Position numbers and translations under genes: made by a program. Positions 1 through 11,138 of a stretch of DNA of 64,000 bases are shown here, piece after piece. The DNA comes from Tubiluchus corallicola (lineage: Eukaryota; Animalia; Priapulida), in assembly GCA_030141605.1 (NCBI GenBank), contig JAQGDQ010000094.1, forward strand, positions 372,001 to 436,000, written 5' to 3'. Position 1 is the stretch's first letter. Every line of letters starts with the position of its first letter. The notes below the pieces were generated by a model. The model was given only the letters and a program-made list of their open reading frames with translations. It searched no databases and had not been told where the DNA came from.

Positions 1-607
1 ATACAATTTGACCTAGTATAAACATGAGTCCAGCATTCAACATCAGAGCCTGCCTAATGTTGACACAGTGGCAGGATTGGAACCTGGTTCAGTTGCAAGA
101 GCAACACTCTGAGATAGGCACTAAACCAGCAAATGTGTCTCAGACATGTTCAAATATGTATAACAACCAGTATCATATCCGAAATGAAAGCACTGAGAGT
201 GAGTATTGAACTGAGGCAAGCCATTCAAGCATTCACTGACCAACATCAGCATGCTTAGCTTTGGTGTTTAAGCACAAAAAATATGAATATTCCGAACATG
301 ATCAGGTCAGTAGAGAACTATTTTGGGCAAGCCAGGGCGAATATGTAATACCAGGCTTCTCGAACAATGACCTCATGTGTTACAAAATGCTGAATAACTT
401 AACACGCATATCAGTTACAGAATTACTTTTATTCTCAGTTTTATTAAAATTGTAAGAAGCCACTAAATACTACATGTTTATTTGCTATTATTGCATTTAT
501 AATTATGAAAATGTGAATAAATGGCATGCACTCATATCTCGGTTTGCTGGATCGGCAAATTCGGACCGACATCTCCTCGCTTTTGTCAGGCAAACCAAGA
601 TCTGAAT

Positions 608-705
608 GTACACACAACCACAACCACCCACACGCACGAACGCACTCACACACACACCCTCACACACTCACTCATGCGCACGCACGCATACACACACACA
701 CAAGT
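608..705. repeat. degenerate (CA)n microsatellite
   Basis: cacacaaccacaaccacccacacgcacg...cacacacaca. Confidence 0.85.
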
Positions 706-1113
706 GTGCATGTGACCACTCAGCTGTTCACCCTGCTTTACGACAACAACATATTATTAGCTTTTAAAAAGAGTAGAAAGTAGTTTTACAGAACTTCCTC
801 CTCTCACACATCAAGTGTAACCTAGATGCAACTTTATCAGCTGGAGGTAAGAAAATCCATAGGCTGTGTGAACAAAATCTGAACTACATTTTAAACACAT
901 TTTGTGTTCTTAAGTTTAGCAGTTAGGTAGGTGTTAGGATAAATTTTCTATAATTGCAGGTAAACCAACTTAAAAATTTCATCAATTGTTTCACATCAAC
1001 CAAAAAAGGTGAGCAGACGAAATTCCCATCCATATTATACTTATGCGCACACCTACTTAACAACTCACATGAATCATACTCAGTAATCTAACAAAAAGAA
1101 ATATAAACATTAC

Positions 1114-3901
1114 CTAGTATTACATCCCGCTCGCGCTTCGCCGGTCGTTCGACGTCCTGATCCATACCCAATGACATAAGATGTTTGTCAATTGTGGACA
1201 TATTGAGAGTATCATACAACAAACGACGGGTTCTGCTGCTCCTCCGACAATAGGCACCTCCATTTATTAGTTCATATTCATGCAAGTTTTCTCTGTTTGA
1301 TGCGCGCATCTTAGAGCTCCTAAAAGACATGGCTGAATTATTAATACTATTAGCAGTCACGTAACAAATGACTATAGGCTATTTTTCACTAAAAACAACT
1401 CTAACATTTACTATCAATGCACAGTTAATTAACTACATGCAGCACAAAAACAAATAAATCATTGGCAACTTACTTAACTAGTAGCAGAAAACACCTAATC
1501 ATCCACCTATTATTGTACACACTGAATTAAAAAAAATCCTATAATTAAAAAACAAGGAAAAGAAAAGAGACCGCCAATGCAGTTCATCTTCGTGACAAAG
1601 AAAAATCACATGGAATCATTAAACTAAAAATTGCTTTTTTAGTAAATAAACCACGCTTGTTGAAGTAGAATTTGGCATATTTTGGTTTAAACTTATTCAA
1701 CATTTCGCTACCTACTCTTCGAAGTTCAAAAAGACTTGATTCAAAAATCGATGACGCCAAATTCAACTGAAATTACTTGGCCTCAATTTCTTCGAATATG
1801 GCAGCATCAACTTTTAAATCTAGATTGTGCATATTGTAATTCTGACTATATATTCTTGAAAAGGATGTAATGTCAAAATATTGAACAAATTTAAATCAGA
1901 TTTTGCAACAACAACACTGATTATTTATTTATTTATTTAGATGGTATAATTCCAAATAAAGATTGCAGAAGCATTCCAACTAGTTAAAGTGTTGTTTTTA
2001 GTAGCAGTGATTCCCATTCAGTAGCATGCTTCAAACCTGAAGATAAAGTGTAGTGGCAGTGTGAAATTCATTTTTTCTTTCTTTTTTCCTTGTAGGACTT
2101 ATTAATTCATCGTTTAGTATTCTTGTCGTCAATAAAAATTAATGTGTGTTATTACTGTACATGTATTGTACAAACTTCTAGTTCGTCATAGCAGATGTTT
2201 TAAAAGTATATTGTTCAAGACTGTCTACGGGAATGTCAAAAAATAATTTAAACTTTTGTTAAGAAAAAATTACAGAAATATAACTATGGAAAGTTTGCAT
2301 ACACTTTTTTTATTTTAACTTCCTTGTCAGATTCGCTTTCATCATTGGCCGGAAATTTGTGTTTGGTAGTTGGTGTATAATCCTCATCACTGGTAGTATC
2401 ACTGTCTTTGTCAAAACCCTGTTAATTAAAAGAAAACCAAATACACGACAATTACTAAGAGAAAATTTAATATTGACTTCAAATTTAATTTAAGCAATAA
2501 TCAAATAGCACAAGGTAACTCAATAAAATATCTTGGCATCACTATTGATAACGACTTTTTATGGGCCACGCATGCAAAAAATATTTCGTATAAACTCAGT
2601 GAAACAGCAGGGGTTACATCGAAACAAAGGTATTACATGGATACTGAAACTCTGAGACTAATATATTATACTCTAAGTTACCCTTATCTTCAATACTGCA
2701 TACCAGGGGAAATGCTAATGATACCACACTTCATACTGTTACTATGCACAAAACAAAATAATTAAACTAATGATTTTTACTAACTACAGGCAAGGGCTAC
2801 TCTGTCACACATTGCTCTAGGGCCTCAGCAAGTAGTAACATATATCAAGACAGATTACGTTCTAATCAAGGTTTCCGTACAAAACAACATCTTGGTACTA
2901 TTTTCTGGAACTTCCTGTGTCAAGCTATTAAATTCTCCACATCCATTAAAACACTAATATCAAAATATAGAAATATAACTCTGTCCCTATGGTGTTTCGC
3001 TTACACAGCATTTCGATCTTCAAGTTATATATATTAATTCCCTTAAAAAATTATCTACCCACAAGATTTTGCCATCTATTATTTTTCTCATTATTCTATG
3101 TATATGTATGTGCGTAGATAATCTATAATATAGATAAGTGTTGCATTTTTAGTCAATTAATATAATTATAACTTTTTTAATTGCCACTGGCACAATATTA
3201 ATGTTACTAACATCTAATTAGACATTTAAAGGTGAATGACTGGGTGACCGCATGGTCTTTCGTCTCATCTGCTTATACTTAAGTGTATCAAATGCACTAA
3301 AGCCTTAATTACTGTATTTCTAAAGCTAAATAAATTTACTATTACTTTAACTATGTAAATTTTGGCAAAAACAACTTCATGCACTGGGCGTGGGCACTTG
3401 GAAATTTTCTCCACGAAGATACATTTTTTCGTATAATTAGAATATAATTATTATTCTAAGTTTGCACTAAGAATTAATAATCATCAACAGAAACACCAAA
3501 CAACGTACACGTTAAGGTGTTAGTTAATTTGTTTAGCAACAGATGGCAGCATTTGTCCTTTTTTCGTTCTGCCCGAGCATTGAACTTGTTTCTAAACAAA
3601 GAATCATAAATTTATGGTCCACTAAATAAAATTAGAATGCAATTATCATGTGCAAATAATGGCTAACATTTTTTTGTTAAATTTCCTTATATTTATTATA
3701 AGATGCAGCTAAATATCACACTTCCCCAAACGAAACTGCTGTAAGACAGTTGAAGTACAGTGACAGTTCAGACTCATTAAAGGCACTTACCCTTTGTCTT
3801 GGGTTACTGCCCGGAGGGTTCGCTCTTCTATTACTCTTAAGCGTAAGGAAATCTTCGGGTATATCTTCTGATGAGACCTCAGAATGTCTCGTTTTTACCA
3901 T
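1114..3901 (-). CDS. 5' part of a spliced gene, probably ATAD2/ATAD2B-like (AAA-ATPase bromodomain protein), continuing off the left edge
   Basis: Phase-consistent exons 3901-3791 (MVKTRHSEVSSEDIPEDFLTL...), 2418-2303 (GFDKDSDTTSDEDY...) and 1319-1114 (...RRSSRTRRLLYDTLN...), all GT-AG. The MVxTR..DFLxL start and RRSxRxR..YD.LN motif resemble ATAD2-family N-termini. Probable 5'UTR exon donor near 4152. Confidence 0.6.
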
Positions 3902-4474
3902 TTTATCGGACTGAATGTGCAACCAGTCCTTTCATCACTACAAAAACCGAAGCACTAACCAGAGAAATTACAACAGTAAATAGTTCGGGAGACGTAACAT
4001 GAACTTTAATTTAAGATAACAATTCTGGCAATGTTTATATACTACGTGGCATCTACTTTTCATCTTTCACAAAGAGGCAAGTTCTAATTAATATTTACGA
4101 GTAAATGCGAAAAAAACATTTACTACGATAAAGCGGAAGAATACATACTCACCCTAATAGTAACTGTAATGAGGTTTCTACAGTCCGTATGTCCTCGACA
4201 CGCTAGCGCGCGAAACTTAAATTTTGTAGATCTCACATTTACTGGCTAGTCCTAAAATTCGACAACGTACTCATCCATAAAAATTATGCCATTACACTTC
4301 TATTTAAAGGGTTTACAGTCTGAATGCTAATTAATTTTGGCTGTGTTCTTAGAAATTTAAATTGGTACGTGGTAGTCCGAAGCGTGGAGCTAATGTCGTA
4401 GGCCTATACGTAGGTTGTGCCAATTTTTATCATAGAGAGAGAGCCATCCGCCCTGCATGCGTCAACACACGGAG

Positions 4475-4654
4475 CAGGGTCGGCCTTAGGTAATTGGAGG
4501 CCATAGGCGAAGTGAATTTGGTGGCCCCAAATGAAATAGAAAAAAAATACGAAAAAAATGAAATTACGCAATTTATTAAAAACTATAATGTATGTTACCT
4601 CGGCGTGAGGCCCTAGGCGGTTGCCTAGTTTGCCTATGCTTAAGGCCGGCCCTG
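4475..4654. mobile_element. hAT-like MITE
   Basis: TIRs CAGGGTCGGCCTTA / TAAGGCCGGCCCTG, flanked by direct repeat CACGGAG (4468-4474, 4655-4661). A second CAGGGCC-starting fragment follows directly. Confidence 0.75.
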
Positions 4655-5524
4655 CACGGAGACAGGGCCCACTCTACCATTAGGCAATAGGCAGTTGCCT
4701 AGAACGACAAATTTTTTTGGAGGGGCCAAATTCTGGAAAATTCTTTAATTTTTTAGGTTTATCTGTAGCATAAATAATAAGATAATGTACGTGTTACTGT
4801 TTGCTTAGATACACAACACTAATTTAATGAAAAAGCTGCTCGAGTTATTTTCCTGTCAAAATAATAATAATTCATTCACTCGAATGTGGAACTCGATCTC
4901 TTCCCGGATCGAGCTCATTCATTTAATAAAAAAATTCTTGCTGTAGCCGCTTATCCAATTATAGCAGATTAATCTATACGAATTGAAGCTTTCAGGAGCG
5001 TAATACAAGTTAGAAAAGCTGGCGGACACCGAGCAGCGCAACGATTCGCAAATGAACTATTTGCAAACAGACCACATTTATGGGTATAAAGATGATGTAA
5101 CTAGTGAAATGGTGTATAATTATGAAAAAGAGGAGTCAGTGTTTCAAAAATTTTCTAATGAAAATGCTACGCAAAAACCTAGCCAAGAGCATGTACATTG
5201 TACACGATCAGAAAATGCAGAAATTTTGATTACTCTTGGAGACCCAGAACATGCATGGAATCATAAATTCAATTTCAAATGAAATCAACACGAGCTGTAG
5301 ATAGTTAATTAACAATTAATTTGTACACTATAATATAGTATAGTGTACAAACTTGTCAGTTGTCAGTTGTCCGGTGCACATCGTTTGTCTCGTGCTCCGG
5401 TTGCTAATTATACCAGTTAGTGTTGAATAGATTGTGATTAGGCCGTGAGGCCAAGGCTGTACAAATTTACTTATAGTTAAAAGATACTACGTCGAACAAA
5501 GTATATGTTAAAAGACATACATGA

Positions 5525-7078
5525 ATGGCAAGGAAAAGTTGCACGCTTTGCAAAAGTGCAAAAAATCCAATAAATAAAAATCAGCTATTTCTTGCAACGT
5601 GCGAAAGGTGCTTCAAAAAACATAGGCAAACGACGAATATGGGAAATGATGGACACGAGGCGGCAGAAATTGTGTTTCCCGACTTCGTACTTGTTGGTGA
5701 TCCAGAGGGCGAACGATATAAACAAATGCTAATTGCCTTGCAAATAAAAACCAAAAATGACGAAAAAGAGAGTAAAAAGACAATTCAATGCTTGGAGTCA
5801 AAACTAGCTGCCAGCTATAAAGAGCAGTCAACTCTCATCGAAAAGGTTCATAAATTATCAACGGAACTCTCTGAACTACAAAAAAGAAAACGAAATGTAA
5901 GCAACCAAACAAGTGATAATTCCTCCAAAGATCCCAGTCACACAGATGAAGCAAGTCAAACTTTGCTTGTGAATGGAGACACCTCCTCATCGAAACACGG
6001 CAATAATGACCTTCCATCGCAGGGCGAAACCTTGCAGGAAAAGGAAACTTGCAATGCCACAATAACTGTGAATCAAAGAAGGAAAAATCATAAGACCATA
6101 CATGCAACCACTCAAACGCTAGTCCTGGGAGACTCACGGACCGTATACTTAAATCCAAAGGACATCGGGCAAAACGTCCAGGTACACTCATACAGAGGCT
6201 TAACATTAGAAGAGTTAAGCACAAAAGTGTTAAACCATTATCCAGCTATGAAGCTTGAAAATGTGATCATCGCTTGTGGTGTAAATGACATAAGACGGCT
6301 AGCGCAAAAATGCGACGAGGTTGGACAGCAAATCGACAAAGAATCATCAGTTAGAGACATCATTACAATTGCAGACAACTGTGCAAAAAACATTGCAAGT
6401 AAGTTTAAAGCTGCAAACATTTTTATTTGTAATATACCGCTGACTTCAAAAAGTAAGCATTTTAATGCAAAACCATGTAATATCTTTCTGACAAACGAGC
6501 TTATACGCTCTTTCAATGATGATCTAGTCTATTTAGCTAAAAAAAAGGGCTATTTATTGTGCAACATTCAAAGTCATTTTTTAGCTGAAGGGTTAATGGC
6601 AAGAGACGGTTTACATTTAAGTCGTGCTGGTGTATCAAAATTAGCAGAACGACTGAACTTATGTTTACACAATGATCCTAAGCGTTGGTACGTGAAAACA
6701 AGACGCAAGCCAATGTCCCATACAAACCCATACCAACACAATTCTGCAATTTCGCGCCTAAATAACTCGTTTAATTTACGTATTGGTTCATCTCACAATA
6801 CCAGCTATTCAGACGCAGTTAAGAAACCTGGTCTTCTCCCAACGCCAGTAATTAACGACCCACAGCGAACCTACTCCGTTTCGAACCGGAGAGAGCCATC
6901 TGAACGAAGCAGTTTGTACTACACAGAATCGGCTAAAGCTCATTATCCTAATAAATGTTCTACAACACTGCCAAGCCAAAATGAACCGCTGCTGTTAACT
7001 CAGGAACCAGTTCTAAAATCCGAGATTGAAAACATACTAACCAAAGCCTTTAAAGAGCTTATCTCCAAGTTCATATAG
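5525..7078 (+). CDS. LINE ORF1p: CxxC-CxxC zinc finger, coiled coil, SGNH/GDSL esterase domain
   Basis: 517-aa intact ORF with CTLC...CERC, heptad region LESKLAASYKEQSTLIEKVHKLSTELSELQK, and SGNH blocks VLGDS, ACGVND, DGLHLS. Confidence 0.85.
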   Translation: MARKSCTLCKSAKNPINKNQLFLATCERCFKKHRQTTNMGNDGHEAAEIVFPDFVLVGDPEGERYKQMLIALQIKTKNDEKESKKTIQCLESKLAASYKEQSTLIEKVHKLSTELSELQKRKRNVSNQTSDNSSKDPSHTDEASQTLLVNGDTSSSKHGNNDLPSQGETLQEKETCNATITVNQRRKNHKTIHATTQTLVLGDSRTVYLNPKDIGQNVQVHSYRGLTLEELSTKVLNHYPAMKLENVIIACGVNDIRRLAQKCDEVGQQIDKESSVRDIITIADNCAKNIASKFKAANIFICNIPLTSKSKHFNAKPCNIFLTNELIRSFNDDLVYLAKKKGYLLCNIQSHFLAEGLMARDGLHLSRAGVSKLAERLNLCLHNDPKRWYVKTRRKPMSHTNPYQHNSAISRLNNSFNLRIGSSHNTSYSDAVKKPGLLPTPVINDPQRTYSVSNRREPSERSSLYYTESAKAHYPNKCSTTLPSQNEPLLLTQEPVLKSEIENILTKAFKELISKFI

Positions 7079-7174
7079 GCCTAGTATCGTTTAGCTTGGT
7101 TTTAGACATTACTCTGAACTTTAAAGCTAGTCTGCGTAAACCTGTTATAAAACTCTTTTTTTTACTATTCTATT

Positions 7175-10100
7175 ATGATTTTAATGATGACACTGAATAA
7201 CAGAAAATTTTTAGCACTGCTGCTAGTGAATTTTTACATAATATGGCAAAATAGGCCAATCCATCCTAACTCGTGTAAAGATTATAACGTAACAATTGTG
7301 TATACTAGTATTATAATAACAATTATCTCACCCACGTTATTACATAATAGGAAATATTTACTTCTTATAGTACTGTATTCTATACAAGCCCTTTTACTCG
7401 CAACCGATATTAGTATCCTTATGATCGTTCTAAAATTAATTTACCACGCATGTGTAACGTTCTACTGTGTAAGCTTGATACTATGCTGCCGTATTACTGC
7501 AAAAAAACTGCAAGTTAAAGTTATTTTATTTGTGTTAATAGGTACATTTTGGAAACCATACGAATTTACTTCTTGTATCATAGTTGATATTTCTAACGTA
7601 TCTTATCATAAAATTACCAAATTTATTTGTGATTATGGGAGCCTTTGTATATTTAACGCCAAATATCAAACAGTTAAGTTCTTTTATTGTAACTATGCTT
7701 ACGTCTTAGTTATACTACGTACATTACTATACATACTAAAACTGAAAATGATCTACGTAACAGTAATTTGTAATGTAATGACTAAAGGTAATTTAAACAA
7801 CTTTTTCATTGCTTTTCCTGTAAATAGCGATAGAATAAGACACTCTATGCAATTTATTTTAAAAAGATTTGTATCCATCTTAAAAGTTGTGTACCTCGGT
7901 GCTATAAGACAAATGCGTCATGTCAATCTAAAATACGTAGCACTAAAAAAATTGGAAAAATTACAGATTTCATCTAAATTTGAAAGCACTCTATACTCAT
8001 GTTCTGAACTGGCTTACATTTTAACCATAATTCGTTTACTACTTATACTTGGTGGTATCGAAACTAACCCTGGACCCATTTTGCCAAATAATAATAATAA
8101 TAACACCAACAATAATAATACCAGTGATGAGCTAAAAGAATTCATGATTACTTATAAAAAGAACATCAAATTTCTAAATATAAATATTCAAAGTCTCGTC
8201 AAAAAACACTGGCTGCTGAAAGATACAATTCACGCCACCGAAAATCTGATTGTAGGCATAACAGAAACTTGGCTACATAAACAAATACTTAGCAACACTA
8301 TAGAATTACCTAATCACACATTAATAAGAAGAGATCGATGTAAAAATAAGAAAGGTGGAGGGGTTGCGATGTATATACCTTCACACCTGAGACCACAAGA
8401 AATGAAAAGCATCAGAACCGGCAAGATTGAATCTGTTTGGTGCAGCATTGAGAACTATGTAATAGGAACTATATATAGACCACCCAATCTCAAACACAAA
8501 ACATTTTTCAAATACTTTAGTGAAGAACTAGAACGCAGTGTTTTCGAAAATAAAAAGTTCTTATAATGGGCGATTTCAACCTTGATATTTTAGCTACAAA
8601 CACACTGGCATACAAAACATACACCGAGCTCTTAAAACAATATAATGTCCACATACTTAACAACAATAAACCTACTCGAATTTCTAAAACATCAGCCACA
8701 GTAATCGACCATTTCATTTCGAATAGTAACAATAATTTCGTAGCATATGATACTTTTCCGTGTGATTATTCAGATCATCATTTCATAATATTAGTAGATA
8801 AAATGACCCCACAGCATAATAATAACCAAAATTCAGTCTGGCATTTAATGAGAGACTACGCCCAATACAACAAACATTCATACTTAATCGACTTAGCAAA
8901 AATGAACTGGACCTCCGTATATATGACTGATAAAATAGATACACAAGTTAATATTCTGACATATAATGTCGAATATTGCCTTAATGTACATGCACCATAT
9001 AAAAACGTAAAGCAAATCCCACAACAAAGCAAACTCTATAACGAAAGTACCTGGACAACACCTGAACTTGACAAACTAAGAATAGCGAAAAACAGAATGT
9101 ATAATATATGGGAAAAGAACAAAACTAAAAACAATCATAACAATTATAAAAAAAAAGAGAAATCAATTTAATAATCTTAATAAATGCTTGAAAAATAAAC
9201 ATATACAACAACAATGTAAAAACGCAACAAATACCAAAGAAAAATGGAAAATTATTAACAATGTAATAAATAAATGCCGTAACAAACTAATGCGTGTTGA
9301 CGAAATTAAGATCAACAACACTGTTATTACAAAACCCAAAGATATTGCCAACGCGCTAAATGCAATATTCCTGAATCTTGGAAATTTTAAGGGAGTGGCT
9401 TCTCATATTAGCAATAATATAATTAATAAATTAAAAAACAAATCGTCTAACACAGTATTCTCGTTCAAAAGCGTCACAGTAGGAGAAATTAACGACATAT
9501 TAAATAACCTAAGTTCCAACAAAGGGAGTGGACCATCAGATATTCCTATCAAAATTCTAAAAGATAGCGCATCTGTAATAGCCCCGCATATGACTTACAT
9601 TACTAATCAGATAATTATGAGAGGCGAATTTCCAACGGTATGTAAAATGGCAAACGTGACTCCAATCCATAAAAAAGATCCAAAATGTGATCCCATGAAT
9701 TATCGCCCAATTTCCGTAATCCATTGTTTCGGTAAAGTTTGGGAAAGGGTAATTTATGATCAGATAAATTCATATGTAAATAAACATGAACTTTTATCAA
9801 AACATCAGTTTGGCTTCCGTAAACACCATTCAACCATTGACGCCCTAATACACACAACAGAAAATTGGAGACATAGTTTAGACAACAAGCACTACATTTT
9901 AGCAGCATTTTTGGATTTAAGTAAAGCTTTCGATAGCATTAATCACGAACTACTTTACGATAATTTAAAACAAATCGGATTAGATTCGATATCGTTAAAA
10001 CTGATACAAAATTATCTCAAAGATAGACAACAACGAGTAAAGTTAGATACAACCAACTTTTCTGACTGGGCCACGTTAAATAGAGGTATACCGCAAGGAA

Positions 10101-11138
10101 CACTACTAGGTCCGTTATTATTTTGCCTATATATAAACAACATATCCAGTGTATTAAAACACTCACAAATAACGCAATACGCTGATGACACTACAATCTA
10201 CATAGCCCATGAAAATGTCCAAACTGCAAAAAATTATTTAGAAGAAGATATAAAAAAATATAAATATGGCATTTAGTCATTACAAGCTAAAAATGAATAA
10301 TGACAAAACAGAATTCATGATACTGTCACCCTCATTAAATACTAATGATGCATCATCAACCACTTTGACAATAGATAATGCTGTAATCAAACAAACTAAC
10401 AATGTTAAATTCCTGGGCATACAAGTAGACAATAATCTTTCATGGGATGATCACTTTAATAACATATACACAAAAATGGCATCTAGCACATCATATCTCC
10501 GACAAGTTAAAGGGCAACTAACAAAGGACACTAAAACACTAATATATAAAACTTTAGTTCTACCACACTTCTTATATGGATGTACGCTACTTCAAAAAAC
10601 CAAAAGAGAAAATTACTTAAAATTAAATCTCCTTCAAAACTATGCGTTGAGATTGATAGCTGGGTACTCATACAAACACAAGGCAGGTAGACAAAAATTC
10701 AAAGCTTCAACAACTAACCTGAGAAAAACTTTAAAATTCCCAATCATTGAAGCACACAAAGAATATTTTACTCTGCTTTTTATATTTAAATACATTAACA
10801 ACATCAGCAAACCATTCCAGAATAACAGATTTACCTTTTTTCCAAATCCTATCGTTAATTCCAGAACATTCAATCTAAAACAAATTAGGACAAATACCCA
10901 CTATGGAACGAACTCTGTAATCAAACAAGCAATTTTACTTTGGAATTCTCTACCATTACAGGTTAAACAAATCAAGTCCCTATCAGCATTTAAAACAAAA
11001 TTAAAATCACTAATATTAACCAGATATGAAATACCATCACACCAGTACGACAACATACACACTAATTCCGAATTCATATACCCACGGCCATATTTATTAA
11101 ATCATAGTTTTTTATTTTTTTTATTTTTTTGTGTATAG
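7175..11138 (+). pseudogene. LINE ORF2 (hydrophobic leader, 2A-like motif, AP endonuclease, reverse transcriptase), broken by three single-base frameshifts
   Basis: APE motifs NIQSL, ITETWL, GGGVAMY, IYRPP, MGDFN, IDHF, SDH. RT motifs NYRPIS, QFGFR, LDLSKAFD, GIPQGTLLGP, YADDT, KFLG. Spread over ORFs 7175-8566, 8566-9171, 9188-10276 and 10266-11138. Confidence 0.9.
8006..8077 (+). other. 2A-like (StopGo) ribosomal skipping peptide
   Basis: ELAYILTIIRLLLILGGIETNPGP: Leu-rich tract plus (G/D)IExNPG|P, shortly upstream of the APE domain. Confidence 0.75.

Noticed and set aside
444-783. His/Thr-rich ORFs
   Set aside because: Translation artefacts of the (CA)n microsatellite.
2990-3035. Another hammerhead-like TGAAGA...GAAAC on the minus strand
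   Set aside because: The core lacks CUGA and stem II is poorly formed; at best a degenerate remnant.
3535-3552. CTCF-like motif CAACAGATGGCAGC (similar at about 23337)
   Set aside because: A short partial match that is also common in TE remnants; it cannot be supported from sequence alone.
5052-5282. 76-aa ORF upstream of the LINE
   Set aside because: No recognisable motif or splice context; possibly DNA-transposon debris.
8564-8568. TAATG stop-start overlap suggesting termination-reinitiation
   Set aside because: It would split the APE domain directly before the catalytic GDFN motif; a 1-bp deletion is the simpler explanation.
9148-9156. Programmed ribosomal frameshift at the A-run
   Set aside because: No downstream stimulatory structure is evident, and LINE ORF2s are normally continuous. 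Slippage or sequencing error is more likely.
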